A stretch of 64,000 bases of DNA from the human T2T-CHM13v2.0 reference genome, Homo sapiens (GCA_009914755.4 CP086569.2:23744001-23808000), one strand, 5' to 3'; shown: positions 27,331 to 40,928, counted from the stretch's first letter. Translations and numbers: made by a program. The notes: generated from the sequence alone by a model not told the origin.

Positions 27331-27614
27331 TAATCTACAAAATGTTTCACCCAACAATTGCATAGTACATATTTCTATATACATTTGGCATGTTTTCTTA
27401 GATAGGCAAACTTTTAAGCTAGAATGCAAGTTTTAGCATATTTAAACTGACGGTAATCACAAAAAATATTATTTCTGACTACAATAAAATATAACTGGAA
27501 GTAAAAACCAAAAGAAAACTAGTATATCTGCATATACATGAAACCTAGACAAATTCTTGAGCATACTATTTTTCAAGAGTTAGAATAGGCAAGTTTCTTT
27601 AGATGTTAATTGTT

Positions 27615-28318
27615 TGGATTCACTCAGGCCGCTGGCAGAAATATTACAGGGAAGTATTAGGAAAAGTTATAAGGAATAGTAACAAACCTTTTTGGCAGGC
27701 TAAAAGGCTAAAATTATTATATAGCTTGTAATAATTGAACAGGCTGAAGGCAACCTCTTCTTACCTTAAAGCATTAGGTCATAGGGTAAATACTAGGGAC
27801 AACTGAGGCTTCTCCAGTTAAGTCTGTTTACTCTACCTCCACTAACTAAGATGGCTCTCTCCAGGGAGTTCGACCAGAGAAATTGCCCCCAATGGTATTT
27901 ACTTTAGACTGTGGTAACTGAGGTTTAATCATTCACAGAACTATTCTCTTAACAATGTTAATTATCCACAAGTGTGTTTACTCAAAGCTTCTGTGATTAA
28001 TTCTATACTAAATAAATGCCTGGAGGGTGAGTTGCTCAGGGTGGGCCTCCATTCTTTACAGGACTCTCCGTGGAGTCTGGGAGTGGCCTCGGACCCTCTG
28101 CTGCTGGCAAAGCAGGATATCTGTGTGTCAGGTAGTTTATTCACCCATCGCCAGGTCTGCAGTTGGAGCCCATTGTGTGAGGCAGTCTGTGAAGGAAGTG
28201 TGAGAACCACCCTCATGAGGAAAGCTGTAGAGGAAGAGTGAGGAATGCGACAGACTCCCTGAAAGCAAAGGTGGAAAAAGAATTCACGTGGTGAAGTCAG
28301 TGACTAATCAGTAAGTCA
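27615..28318 (+). mobile_element. 5' LTR of a class II (HERV-K-like) provirus remnant, followed by a tRNA-Lys-like PBS
   Basis: Direct repeat of 39925-40545 (~85-90% identical over ~600 bp). Starts TGGATTCACTCAGG and ends ...gtaagtCA. It is followed by t + TGGTGCCCACTCGAGGT at 28320, which partially matches the Lys PBS TGGCGCCCAACGTGGGG. Confidence 0.55.
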
Positions 28319-28502
28319 TTGGTGCCCACTCGAGGTTACCAAGTTCTGGGAGAAGTTGGGTCAAGCTGAGGTATTCTCATGGGACAACATTTATCAGCTC
28401 AACAGAAACAGTATATAAAAGTGTTGAAACAGTTGCTTAAGGCTAGTGGAGCATCAGTTTTGCAGGCTCAATTAGGGGACATAATGCAAACTGTTGTAAT
28501 CC

Positions 28503-29312
28503 TGAGAGGTAAAACTGGCTGGGCTTTGGGTGGGGTGGGGACTTGGAGAACTTTTCTATCTAGCTAAATGATTGTAAATGCACCACTCAGTGCTCTGTGT
28601 AGAGCTAATCAGGTAAGGGACTTGGAGAGCTTTTCTGTCTAGCTAAAGGATTGTAAATGCACCAATTGGTGCTCTGTGTCTAGCTAAATGTTTATAAATG
28701 CACCAATCTGCACTTGCTAAAAACAGACCGATCAGCACTCTGTAAAATGGAACAATCGGCAGGATGAGGGTGGGGACAAATAAGGGAATAAAAGCAGGCC
28801 ACCTCAGCCAGCAGTGGCAACCCACTCAGGTCCCCTTCCACACTGTGGAAGACCTGTTCTTTTGCTCTTTGCAATAAATCTTGCTGCTACTCAGTCTTTG
28901 GGTCCACACTACCTTTATGAGCTGTAACACTCACCATGAAGGCCTGCAGCTTCACTCCTGAAACCAGCAAGACCACAAACCCACCGGGAGGAACAAACAA
29001 CACTGGATGCACCACCTTTAAGAGCTGTAACACTCACTGTGAAGCTCTGCAGCTTCACTCCCGAAGTCAGCGAGACCATGAACCCACTGAGAGGAACAAA
29101 CAACTCCAGAAACACCAACTTTAAGAGCTGTAACACTCACTGTGAGGGTCTGCAACTTCACTCCTGAAGTCAGCGAGACCATGAACACCTGAAGGAACAA
29201 ACTCTGGACACACTGTCTTTAAGAACTGTAACAGTCACCGTGAGAGTCCATGGCTTCATTCTTGATGTCAGTGAGACCAAGAACCCATGGGAAGGAATCA
29301 ATTCCAGACACA
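28503..29312 (+). promoter_or_regulatory. HERV9 5' LTR (LTR12), ~810 bp, with 3-4 copies of a ~100-bp 3' VNTR unit
   Basis: Starts tgagaggtaaaactggctgggc and ends ggaatcaattccagacaca. Tandem units run over 28905-29290. Confidence 0.8.
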
Positions 29313-30434
29313 CTTTGGTGACCACAAAGGGACTATTGCCTATTGCCAAGCAGTGAGTACCATCGACCCCTTGTGCTTGCTATTCTGTCCTATTTTTCCT
29401 TAGAATTCTAGGGCTAAATAGCAGGCACCTGTCAGCCAGTTAAAAGCAACTAGCTTGGTCACTGAACTAAAGACATGGGTGCCAGGCTTTCTGGGAAAGG
29501 GCTCTCTAGCAACCCCAACTCTTCGGAGTTGGGAGTGTTGGTTTGCATGGAACTAGCTTCCACTTTCCCTGTACTTCTGGGCTGAGATGAGGGTTGATAG
29601 GAAAACCATTCAGCTCCATGGTCCCAACAACAAATTGGTTGACCCTGCAGCCATGGCGGAACTCTTAGTCATGTCGCCCAAGCGAGACTCTCCCATCTAT
29701 CCTATCTATCCTGAGCCTTGCCTCCTGGGTCCTAAAGCCTGTCAGACAATCTTCCTCTTGCTTCTGTTCTCTGAGGCTAGTCCTGCTTCTAAAAACCACT
29801 CCCTGTCTCTGGTGCTTTTCTAGTTTCTCCTGTAAGAACTATTTCTGGTATAAACTCCAGGACTCTATTCCCTTCTCCTGGCACTCAGGCTCAGCAATCA
29901 GAAAGAGAGAATTTTTGCCCAAAGCCCCATTTTAAGGGGGACTATCTGGAATTTTAGGATCCCTCCTCAGACAAACAGGCTTAACAAAACCTATTCCTGA
30001 AGCTAGGATATGGGACGCCTCAGAAATTGTATCTTTCTTATTCATATAAGTGAGGACAAAAGGCATCACTCTTCTGACTCTGGTGATCTCTTCCCTCCCT
30101 CAGGGTATGGCCCTCCACTTCATTTTTGGGGCATAACATCTTTATAGGACAAGGATAAATTCCCAATATTAACAGGATAATGCTTAGGACTCTAACAGGT
30201 TTTTGAGAATATGTCAGTAAGGGCCACTAAATCCGATTTTTCTCAGTCCTCTTTGTGGTCTGGGTGGACAGGCAAGGCTGCAGGTTTTGTTGTGGTCCAG
30301 GAGGAAAACCAGTGTTTCTGCTGCTGCATCAGTGAGCACAACTATTCTGATCAGCAGGGTCCAGGATCCATTGTGGGTTCTTGGGCAGGTGGAGAAACAA
30401 ACAAACAAAAAGAGTGGGCCGTTTTCTCTTTCGG

Positions 30435-31745
30435 ATGGGAAACACTCAGGCATTAACAGACCCACTCTTGCAATGCATCCTAAGCCATTGGGACCAATTT
30501 TACCCACAAACCCTGAAAAAGTGGTGGCTTATTTTTTTCTGCACTATGGCCAGGACCCAATATTCTCTCTCTGATGTGGAAAAATGGCCACCTGAGAGAA
30601 ATATAACTTACAATACTATACTGTAGCTTGACCTTTTCTGTAAGAGGTAAGGCAAAAGGAGTGCAATACCTTAAGTCCAAGTTTTCTTTTCATTGAAGGA
30701 GAATACAAAACTATGCAAAGCTTGCAATTTACATCCCACAGGAGGAACACTCAGCTTACCTGCATATCCTAGCCTCCCTATAGCTCCCCTTCCTATTAAT
30801 GATAAGCCTCCTCTAATCTCCCCTGCCCAGAAGGAAACAAGCAAAGAAATCTCCAAAGGAACACAACCCTTCCCCGGGCTATCGATTACATCCCCTTCAA
30901 GCTCTAGGGAGAGGGGAATTTGGCCCAACCTTGGTACATGTCCCCTTCTCCCTCTCTGATTTAAAGCAGATCAAGGTAGACCTGGGAAAGCTTTCAGATG
31001 ATCCTGATAGGTACATAGATGTCCCACAGGATCTAGGGCAAAGCCTCGATCTCACTTGGAGAGATGTCATGCTATTGGTAGATCAAACCCTGACCTTTAA
31101 TGAAAAGAATGTGGCTTTAGTTTTAGCCTGAGAGTTTGGAGATACCTTGTATCTTAGTCAAGTAAATGATAGAATGACAGCTGAAGAAAGGGAAAAATTC
31201 CCTACGGGTTGGCAAGCCATTCTCAGTGTGGATCCCTATTGGGACCTTGACTCAGATCATGGGGACAAGAGTCATAAACATCTGTTCACCTGTGTTCTAG
31301 AAGGACTAAGGAAAATTAGGAAAAAGCACATGAATTATTCAGTGATATCCACCATAACTCAGGGAAAGGAAGAAAATCCTTCTGCCTTCCTTGTGTGGCT
31401 AAGGGAGGCCTTAAGAAAATATACTGCCCTGTCACCCAAATCACTCAAGGGTCAATTGATTCTAAAAGATAAGTTTATTACCCAATCAGCCACAGACATC
31501 AGGAGAAACTCCAAAAGCAAGCCCTGGGCCCTGAACAAAATCTGGAGGCATTACTAAACCTGGCAACCTTGGTGTTCTATAATAGGGACCAAGAGGAACA
31601 GGCCCAAAAGGAAAAGTGAGATCAGAGAAATGCTGCTGCCTTAGTCATGGCCCTCAGACAAACAAACCTTGGTGTTTCAGAGAGGACAGAAAAGGGAGCA
31701 GGGCAATCACCCGGTAGGGCTTGTTATCAGTGTGGTTTACGAGGA
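30435..31745 (+). pseudogene. HERV9 gag remnant (MA-CA-NC), multiple frameshifts
   Basis: MGNTQALTDPLLQCILSHWDQF (start at ~30435). ORFs 30693..30959, 30931..31131 and 31147..31557 give gamma-retroviral MA/p12/CA-like sequence. The NC CCHC knuckle [13 protein letters not shown] at ~31725-31765 is interrupted by an Alu. Confidence 0.7.
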
Positions 31746-31768
31746 CACTTAAAAAAAAAGATCATCCA

Positions 31769-32228
<460 letters not shown>

Positions 32229-32229
32229 T

Positions 32230-34400
32230 CACCCTCACTGAGCCATGGGTATGCTTATCCATTAATGGCCAGGAAATTGGCTTCTTCCTGGACACTGATG
32301 CGGTCTTCTCGGTGTTAATCTCCTGTCCTGGACGACTGTCCTCAAGATCCGTTACCATCTGAAGAATGCTGGGACAGCCTGTAACCAGGTATTTCTCCCA
32401 ACTCCTCAGTTGTAATTGGGAGACTTTGCTCTTTTCACATGCCTTTCTTAATATGCCTGAAAGTCCCACACCCTTATTAGGGAGGGATATATTAGTCAAA
32501 GCTGGAGCTATTATCTACATGAATATGGGGAGCAAGTTACCCATTTGTTGTCTGTGGCTTGAGGAGGGAATTAACCCTGAAGTTTGGGCATTGGAAGGAC
32601 AATTTGGAAGGGCAAAATGCCTGCCCAGTCCAAATCAGGCTAAAAGATCCCACCACTTTTCCTTATCAAAGGCAATTTCCCTTAAGGCCTGAAGCTCATA
32701 GAGGATTACAGGATACTGTTAAACATTTAAAATCTTGAGCCTCAGTAAGGAAATGCAGCAGTCCCTGCAGCACTCCAATTCTAGGAGACCAAAACCCAGT
32801 CAGTGGAGACTAGTGCAAGATCTTAGACTCATCAGTGAGGCAGTAATTCCTCTATATCCAGTTGTACCCAACCCCTATACCCTGCTCTCTCAAATACCAG
32901 AGGAAGCAGAATGGTTCACAGCTCCGGACCTCAAGGATGCCTTCTTCTGTATTCCTCTGCCTCTGACTCCCACTTTCTCTTTGCCTTTGAGGATTCCACA
33001 GATCACACGTCCCAACTTACATGGAACGTCTTGCCTCAAGTGTTTAGGGATAGCCCTCATCTGTTTGGTCAGGCACTGGCCCAAGATCTAGGCCACTTGT
33101 CATGTCCAGGGACTCTGGTCCTTCAGCTTGTGGATGATTTACTTTTGGCTACTGGTTTGGAAGCCTCATGCCAGCAGGCTAGTCTAAATCTCTTGAACTT
33201 TCTAGCTAATCAAGGGTACAAGGTGTCTAGGTCAAAGGCCAAACTTTGCCTACAGCAGGTCAAATATTTAGGCCTAATCTTAGCCAGAGGGGCCAGGGCC
33301 CTCAGCAAGGAATGAAAACAGCCAATACTGGCTTATCCTCACCCCAAGACATTAAAACAGTTGCGGGGGTTCCTTAGAACCACCCACTTTTGCCGACTAT
33401 GGATCCCCAGATACAGCAAGATGGCCAGACCACTCTGTACGGTAATCAAGGAGACCCAAAGGGTAAATACTCATCTAGTAGAATGGGAACTAGGGGCAAA
33501 AGTACCCTTTAAAACCTTAAAGCAGGCGCTAGTACAGGCTCCCGGTTTAAGCCTTCCCACAGGACAAAACTTCTCTTTATATGTCACCAAGAGAGCAGGG
33601 ATAGCTCTTGGAGTTCTTACTTAGATTTGTGGAATAATCCCCCAACCAGTGGCATACCTAAGTAAGGAAATGGATGTAGTAGCAAAAGGCTGGCCTCACT
33701 GTTTATGGGTAGCTGTAGCAGTGGCTGTCTTAGTGTCAGAGGCTATCAAAATAATACAAGGAAAGGATCTCACTGTCTGGACTACTCATGATGTAAATGG
33801 CATACTAGGTGCCAAAGGAAGTTTATGGCTATCAGACAACCACTTGCTTAGATACCAGGTGCTACTCCTTGAGGCACTGGTGCTTCAAATATGTACATGC
33901 ATGGCCCTCAACCCTGCCGCTTTTCTCCCAGAGGATGGGGATCCAATCAAGCATGACTGCCAACAAATTATCGTCCAGACTTATGCCACACAAGATAATC
34001 TCTTAGAAGTCCCCTTAGGTAATCCTGACCTTAGCCTATATACTGATGGAAGTTCATTTGTGAAGAATGGGATACAAAGGGCAGGTTATGCCATAGTTAG
34101 TGATGTAACTATACTTAAAAGTAAGTGTTTTCCCCTAGAGACCAGAGCCCAGTAAGCAGAAATACTGGCACTTACCCAAGCCTTAGAACTGGGAAAGGGA
34201 AAAAGAATAAATGTGTATACAGATAGCAAGTATGCTCATCTGATCCTACATGCCCATGCTGCAATATGGAAAGAAAGGGAGTTCCTAACCTCTGGGGAAA
34301 CCCCCATTAAATGCCACAAGGAAATCATGGAGTTATTGCACACAGTGCAAAAACCCACGGAGGTGGCATGGCACTCTTACACTGCCAAAGCCATCAAAAG
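32230..34400 (+). pseudogene. HERV9 pro-pol remnant (protease, RT, RNase H); integrase largely deleted
   Basis: ORFs 32366..32692 (LGRDILVKAGAIIY, protease), 32735..33091 (TAPDLKDAFFCIPL), 32911..33315 (LVLQLVDDLLLA, the YXDD box), 33649..34155 (YTDGSSFVKNGIQRAGYAIV, RNase H) and 34213.. (MYTDSKYAHLILHAHAAIWKEREFLTSGETPIKCHKEIMELLH). A GA-rich tract at 34400-34620 replaces the integrase region. Confidence 0.7.
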
Positions 34401-34686
34401 GGGAAGGAGAGGGGAGAACAGTAGCATAAGCAGCTGGCAGAGGCAGGGAAAGACCAGCAGAAAGGAAAAAGAGGAAGAGACAGAAAGTCAGAGGGAGAGA
34501 GAGAGAGGAAGAGACAGACAGACAAAGAGGGAGTCAGAAAGACAGAAAGAGAGAGATGAAGGAGAAGTCAAAGAGAATGAAAGAGATATGGAAATAGTAA
34601 AGAAAAAACAGTATACCCTATTCCTTTAAAAGCCAGGGTAAATTTCTAAATATCTACCCAGCCAAGGCATATTCTTCTCCTGTGGA

Positions 34687-35375
34687 ATGTCAAACTATAT
34701 CTGCCTCCCCACTAACTGGACAGGCACCTGCACCTTAGTCTTTCTAAGTCCCAACATTAACATTGCCCCAGGAAATCAGGCCCTATCAGTGCCCCTCAAA
34801 GCTCAAGTCCATCATTGCAGGGCCATACAACTAATACCCCTACTTATAGGGTTAGAAATGGCCACTGCTACAAGAACCAGAATAGCAGGTTTATCTACTT
34901 CATTTTCTTACCATCACACACTCTCAAAGGATTTCTCAGATAGTTTGTGAGAAATAACAAAATCTATCCTTACTCTACAATCCCAGCTAGATTCTTTACC
35001 AGCAGTGACACTCCAAAACTGCAGAGGACTAGACCACCTCACTGCTGAGAAAGGAGGACTCTGCACCTTCTTAGGGGAAGAGAGTTGTTTTTACACTAAC
35101 CAGTGAGGCATAGTACGAGATGCTGCCTGGTGTTTACAGGAAAAGGCTTCTGAAATCAGACATCTTTCAAACCCTTATACCAACCTCTGGAGTTGGGCAA
35201 CATGGCTCCTCCCCTTTCTAGCTCCCATGGCAGCCATCTTGCCATTACTTGCCTTCGGGCCCTGTATTGTTAACCTTCTTGTCAAATTTCTTTCTTCTAG
35301 AATTGAGGCTATCAACCTAGAGATGGTCTTACAAATGGAACCCCAAATGAGCTCAACTAACAGCTTCTACTGAGG
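34687..35375 (+). pseudogene. HERV9 env remnant (mainly TM subunit)
   Basis: Translation around 34960-35100 gives [31 protein letters not shown], the gamma-type immunosuppressive domain and CX6CC motif, followed by a membrane anchor. The SU portion is mostly absent. Confidence 0.65.
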
Positions 35376-35539
35376 ACCCCTGGACCAACCTCCTGGCCCT
35401 TTCCGTGGCCTAAAGAGTTCCCCTCTGGAGGACACTACAACTGCAGCATAATTCTTTGCCCCTATCTAGCAGGAAGTAGCTAGAGAGGTCATTGGCCAAT
35501 TCCCAACAGCAGTTGAGATGTCCTGTTTAGAGAAGGGAT

Positions 35540-36109
35540 TGAGAGGTGAAGCTGGCTGGGCTTCTCAGTCAGATGGGGACTTGGAGAACTACTTTGTTTA
35601 GATAAAGGATTGTAAATGCACCAATCAGCACTCTGTGTCTAGCTAAAGGTTTGTAAATGCACCAATTAGTGCTCTGTGTCTAGCTAATTGGGTAGGAGAC
35701 TTGGTGAACTTTTCTGTCTAGCTAAAGGATTGTAAATGCACCAATCACGCTCTGTGTCTAGCTAAAGGTTTGTAAACACACCAATCAGCACTGGATAAAA
35801 ATGGATCAATCAGCACTCCGTAAAACAGACCAATCAGCACTCTGTGAAATGGACCACTCAGAAGGATGTGGGTGACACCAGATAAGAGAATAAAAGCAGG
35901 CCACCCGAGCCAGCAGCAGCAACCTGCTTTGGTTCCCTTCCATGCTGTGGAAGCTCTGCTCTTTCACTCTTTGCAATAAATCTTGCTGCTTCTCGCTCTT
36001 TGGGTCCGCACTACCTTTAGGAGCTATAACACTCACTGTGAAGGTCTGCATCTTCTTCTTGAAGACAGCAAGACCAATAACCCACTGGAAGGAATCAATT
36101 CTGGACACA
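35540..36109 (+). promoter_or_regulatory. HERV9 3' LTR (LTR12), ~570 bp, shorter VNTR than the 5' LTR; preceded by a PPT (agagaaggga)
   Basis: Starts tgagaggtgaagctggctgggcttctcagtcagatggggacttggagaac and ends ggaatcaattctggacaca, followed by ATCC. Confidence 0.8.
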
Positions 36110-36113
36110 ATCC

Positions 36114-39100
36114 CAAGATCATGGTTCCCAGAAAAAGGAACACTGGATGTAGTACTCTGAGAACAAGTGGGGATAAATCTTCAACATCAGACACAAAGGC
36201 AACAGGTCCCAGCTGTTATGGGCTTTCATTACAGCAGCCCTGTCTCCATTATACACAGAACAGACTATAAAGGGGAACGAGGAGGAAATGTCACCTGCCT
36301 TATCACCTCCTCTTCCGTCAGCCCTAATATTACTGAGCCAAAATAACAAAGAAGAAACAGATATTTTACCTGAGCCTTTTTCTTCAATACGTAAGAAAAA
36401 GGACCAGGAATACCCTCCAGTTATTAGTCCCTGTCTTCAGCTGGCAGCAATAAAAGGAGAGTTATTAGCCTGCCCGGTAATGCAAAATCAGCCAAGTAAT
36501 CAGGTACATAAAGGGTTAAGAATAATCACTAAAAGCCAGAGCCACAGGGCCAGGACAAGGAAGCAGTAAGTAGAAAGAAAAACTCCACCCACACTGTGAC
36601 AGAAGCAACAAAGAGCCAAGCTGCAGCCAGAGCTAGCCTGCTGCGAGTGGAACAGAAGCACACGTGACAAATTCCACCCAGGCCACATGTGTCCCACAGC
36701 TGGGGAAGGGAGCCAGCACAGGCAAAAAATGGCACAGGCAAAAATGGCGACTTTATAAATGTAAAGCAGTCACAGCGCCGGGACCTGCCTGCTCCTTTCT
36801 CTAACTCCACAGGCTATCCAAGACAAAATCTCATGTGCTGCTTGTTTACAAGCAACATCACAGATTATAGTTCTCAGCTAAAATTTAAGTAAAATGTAAG
36901 AATTAGAAAACCTCTTTCTAATAACCTCCACTGTTGTCATCTCTCTTCCACCCTGATGAAGCTCACCAAATTCAAGTAAAACAGTAACGTTTAAAGGTTG
37001 AGACATTACAAACAACCCATGAGTTAGTTTAGAAGTAGTTAAAAGCAAACTTTGTTTTTTAACTAGTAGAAAAAAAATTCCTGATTACATGATTATTCAT
37101 TTTATGGATGATATTTTACTAGCAGCCCCAACGGAGCCAATACCTTTAAATTTGTTTACCTCTGTCATAAGGAATACACAACTGAAAAGTTTAGTCACTG
37201 CACCTGAAAAAGTACCCATGTTCCCTCCTTGAAAATATCTTGGATATCTGTTAATCTCCTGGTCAGTAAGACCTCAAAAGTTTAACCTAAGTACTAACAA
37301 CTTACACACATTAAATGATTAGCAGAAATTATTGGACAATGTTACCTGGATTTCTCCCATTGTTGGAATTCCTACCAATAAACTACAAAACCTGTTCTCT
37401 ATCTTAAAGGGCAACCCAGCCCTCAATTCTCCCAGATATTTAACCCTTGCAGCAAAAAGGGAAATCAAGGAAATTGAGCAAGCCGTCTTTCAAAGGAAGC
37501 TAGATCGCATTGATCCACCGTATTCCAATCAGCTATTTATTTTTTCCACCTAACACTCCCCTACAGGGTTACTAGGACAAATGACTCCCAGGCTATGTTT
37601 CCTAGAATGGGTTTTTTGCCCCCATACCGGGACTAAAACACTGTCTCCTTATACTCAGTTAATTACTAAAGTCATCTATTCAGGTCACAAACGTTAAAAA
37701 TCAGTTGCGACATAACCGATATCATCATGATTCCTTTAAGTAAAGAGCAATTCAAAGCTTCATTATCTTTGTCAATACACCCACAAATAGTTTTATCTCA
37801 TTACACAGAGCAAATAAAGCACATCCTCCCTGCTGATAAAGTCTTTCATTTCTTATCTCATACTCCGGTAATAATGCCTACAAAAAGAGTTTACTCCCCT
37901 GTAACTAATGCTTTAACACGGTTTACTGATGGGTCCGCAAACATGGAAAAGCAGCAGTCTGGTAGAGACCATATAATTCAATCATGCAATCTGAGTTTAC
38001 TAGCAAACAGAAAGCTAAGGTTACTCTGTTTATTTATTAAAGAAGTTTTACAGCCTTAACTCTATTCTGGAGCCAGGACGGTTTACTCTTTCTCCAACTT
38101 CAGCAATTGGCTAGATCAACATACAAGTCCCATTTTTATTACACATATTTGAGCCCACAGCTTACTTCCTAGCCCATTGGCTTATGAGCAGTGATCAAGC
38201 AAACCTACAGGTTAAGCCATCACTGCTAGACCAAGCCACCCAATCGCATGAATTTTTCCATCCAAATTGAAGAAACTTATCAACTTACTCAGAGACTGGC
38301 TAAATAAATTATCCTACAATGCCCAGATTGCCAGCTCACAGGTAAGTCCCCTCCTTCAACAGGTGTTAACCCTAGGGAAACAGAACTTAACCTGCTATAG
38401 CAAACAGATGTTACACCCATACTTGAATTTGGAAAACTTAGATATGTACAAGTATCTATTGATACCAACACTCATTTAATTGCTGTCCAAGATCAGAGAG
38501 AAACAGAAAGGTTAAAGAGAGAAATAGAGGGGAAAAAAAAGAAAGACTAGAAAAACCAGAGGTCAAAGTCACAAAAAGTAAGACAAAGAAAAGACATAAA
38601 GAGAAAGAAATGTTAAGAAAGTTATAACCATTAGACTGCACCTTTATTAAGGAAGGTTATGAAAGAAATAAAGTTAAGGCATGTTGAAAATTGTCTGTGG
38701 AAGTCATAAAAACATTATAAAAAGAAAACTATTCAGGACATGTTGTATAATTTTGTTTTGAAAGTCTAAGCAAGTTTTAAAATGTTAATTGTTAACAAAA
38801 TTCTCTGAGTAAACATATTGACTAAAGTTAAAGATGTGTCATCCAACAATCATAGACTGGATTAAGAAAATGTGGCACATACACACCATGGAATACTATG
38901 CAGCCATAAAAAATGATGAGTTCATGTCCTTTGTAGGGACATGGATGAAATTGGAAATCATCATTCTCAGTAAACTATCGCAAGAACAAAAAACCAAACA
39001 CCGCATATTCTCACTCATAGGTGGGAATTGAACAATGAGAGCACATGGACACAGGAAGGGGAACATCACACTCTGGGGCCTGTTGTGGGGTGGGGGGAGG

Positions 39101-39924
39101 CGGGAGGGATAGCATTGGGAGATATGCCTAATGCTAGATGATGAGTTAGTGGGTGCAGCACACCAGCATGGCACATGTATACATATGTAACTAACCGGCA
39201 CATTGTGCACATGTACCCCAAAACTTAAAGTACAATAATAAAAATAAATTAATTTAAAAAAGATGTGTCATCCAGTTTTTCTGTAAACAAGACATTAAAA
39301 GCACAAGTTTTTCTTAAAGCACTAACCTGCTCTTTAACAAAGATTATGAGAGATATCTTAGCACAGACACAATCTCTACAATTTCCAATACACAAGCACC
39401 AGCCAAGACACTGCATCCTCATCAAAGGATTAAAAGAAGAAAAAACTCGAGCCAGCCTAGGAGAGACCCTGCAAGATGATGCAGCTTTATCAGAGAAAGA
39501 TGACTCAGAAGGCTATGCAAATCCTGCTTCTTTTTTATTCTCTCACTTTGTCTACTACCTGTATCTGCCAAGCTCTATTAAGCCCATCTTGTAACCTCCT
39601 TTGTTCTACCCTAGTACTTAGACTAACACCCCCTTTCCAGCTTCTAACAACATCACTGCTTAAATAAAAGGAAATCAACATTCCCCCAGTGAGGTTCCTC
39701 ATTAATAGCACAGAGTGAACTCAGATGGCAAGTAACTCTGCAAGTCACTCTGACTGGAAGAAGTGTTGTTAATTATACTCATGATTGTTTTGTGTTATTT
39801 GCTATTTATATGATGCAAAGCTGGAATAAGATCAGTGACCACCTCACCTGACAAACCTATGACTGCACATATCTGTGCTCTGCAATCAAAAACCTGATGC
39901 AGAAAAGAACAGAGAGGAGGATTT
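36114..39924 (+). mobile_element. Internal region of the class II (HERV-K-like) provirus remnant: gag, pol (RT with YMDD, RNase H, IN) and possible env fragments, heavily deleted
   Basis: A gag-like ORF lies at 36288..36569. Translation around 37090 gives IIHFMDDILLAAPTEP (RT). Around 37900 it gives RFTDGSANMEKQQSG (RNase H). Around 38300-38480 it gives CPDCQLTG...VSIDTNTHLIAV, which is integrase-like. A purine-rich PPT (gaaaagaacagagaggagg) precedes the 3' LTR. Confidence 0.55.
38846..39259 (+). mobile_element. 5'-truncated L1 3' fragment (ORF2 C-terminus plus 3'UTR, young L1PA-like) with a 15-bp TSD, aagatgtgtcatcca
   Basis: acaatcatagactggattaagaaaatgtggcacatacacaccatggaatactatgcagccataaaaaatgatgag...gcacatgtaccccaaaacttaaagtacaataataaaaataaattaatttaaaaaag. 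The TSD copies lie at 38831-38845 and 39260-39274. Confidence 0.85.
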
Positions 39925-40545
39925 TGAGATTCACTCAGGAGGATGGCAGAAATATTAAAAGAAAATAATTAGGGAAAGTTATAGGGAATAGTCACAGACT
40001 TTTGGAAGGCTGAAAGGTTGCATAGCTTGTAATAATTCAAGGGGCTGAAGGTAGTCGGTTTTAACCTTAAAGCATTTGGTCATAGGGTAAATGCTAAGGA
40101 CAATAGAGGCTTCCCCAATTAAGTTTTTTTACCCCACCTCCATTAACTAACCTTTAAGCCAGATGGTCCTTTCTGGGGAATGTCAACCAGGGAAATTGCC
40201 CCCACTGGCATTTACTTTAGACCGTGGTGCCTGAGGTTTCGTTATTCACAGAACTATTCTCTTAACCAGGTTAATTATCCACAAGTGTGTCTACTCAAAG
40301 CTTCTGTTAATAATTCTATACTAAATAAATGCCTGGAGTGCAAGTTGCTCAGGGCACAGCTGCCACTCTTTACAGGACTCCCTTTGGAGACTGTTAGTGG
40401 CCCCAGACCCTCAGCTGGACTTGAAAAGCAGAATATCTGTGTGACAGGGTACTTTATTCATCTGTCGCTCGGTCAGGGGTCTGCAAGGGACAGACTCCCT
40501 GCAGCTAATGCCCTCATGAAAAGAGTGGTGCCTCAGTTAATGGTA
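39925..40545 (+). mobile_element. 3' LTR of the class II (HERV-K-like) provirus remnant
   Basis: Direct repeat of 27615-28318. Starts TGAGATTCACTCAGG immediately after the PPT. Confidence 0.55.
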
Positions 40546-40593
40546 TTAGAAATGATCTACAGGTCAATGAGAACTCTTTCAAAGAGCCAATAG

Positions 40594-40629
40594 TTTTTTG
40601 TTGTTGTTGTTGTTTTTGTTTTTGTTTTG
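40594..40629. repeat. (T)n/(TTG)n simple repeat
   Basis: ttttttgttgttgttgttgtttttgtttttgtttt. Confidence 0.9.
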
Positions 40630-40672
40630 CAGAAGTAGTAAAATATTCTAAAATGTTTGAGTCAATATTTAG

Positions 40673-40928
40673 CTGTGTCACCCAGGCTGGAGTGCAATGC
40701 TATAATCATGGCTCACCATAGCCTTGACACATCAAGCTCAATTGATCCTCCCACCTCAGCTCCAGAAGTAGCTGAGACTGCAGGTGCATGCCACCATGCT
40801 CAGCAAGTTCTTGTATTTTTTGTAGATACAGGGTTTCACCATATTGCCCAGGCTGGTGTCAAACTACTGGGGTCCTGCAATCCACCTTCCTTGGCTTCCC
40901 AATGTATTGGGATCACAGGAGTAAGCCC
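40673..40928 (-). mobile_element. Alu, minus orientation, slightly truncated
   Basis: ctgtgtcacccaggctggagtgcaatgctataatcatggctcaccatagcc...gcccaggctggtgtcaaactactggggtcctgcaatccaccttccttggcttcccaatgtattgggatcacaggagtaagccc. Confidence 0.8.

Noticed and set aside
26780-27429. ORFs with poly-Phe/Leu/Ile content (26780..27013, 27145..27429)
   Set aside because: They are the reverse-strand reading of an A-rich low-complexity tract and are a compositional artefact.
34213-34629. ORF with the charged repeat RERERGRDRQTKRESERQKERDE (could resemble an RS/RD-rich domain)
   Set aside because: Its first part is the decayed RNase H C-terminus of HERV9. The charged part is the translation of a GA-rich simple-sequence tract filling a deletion.
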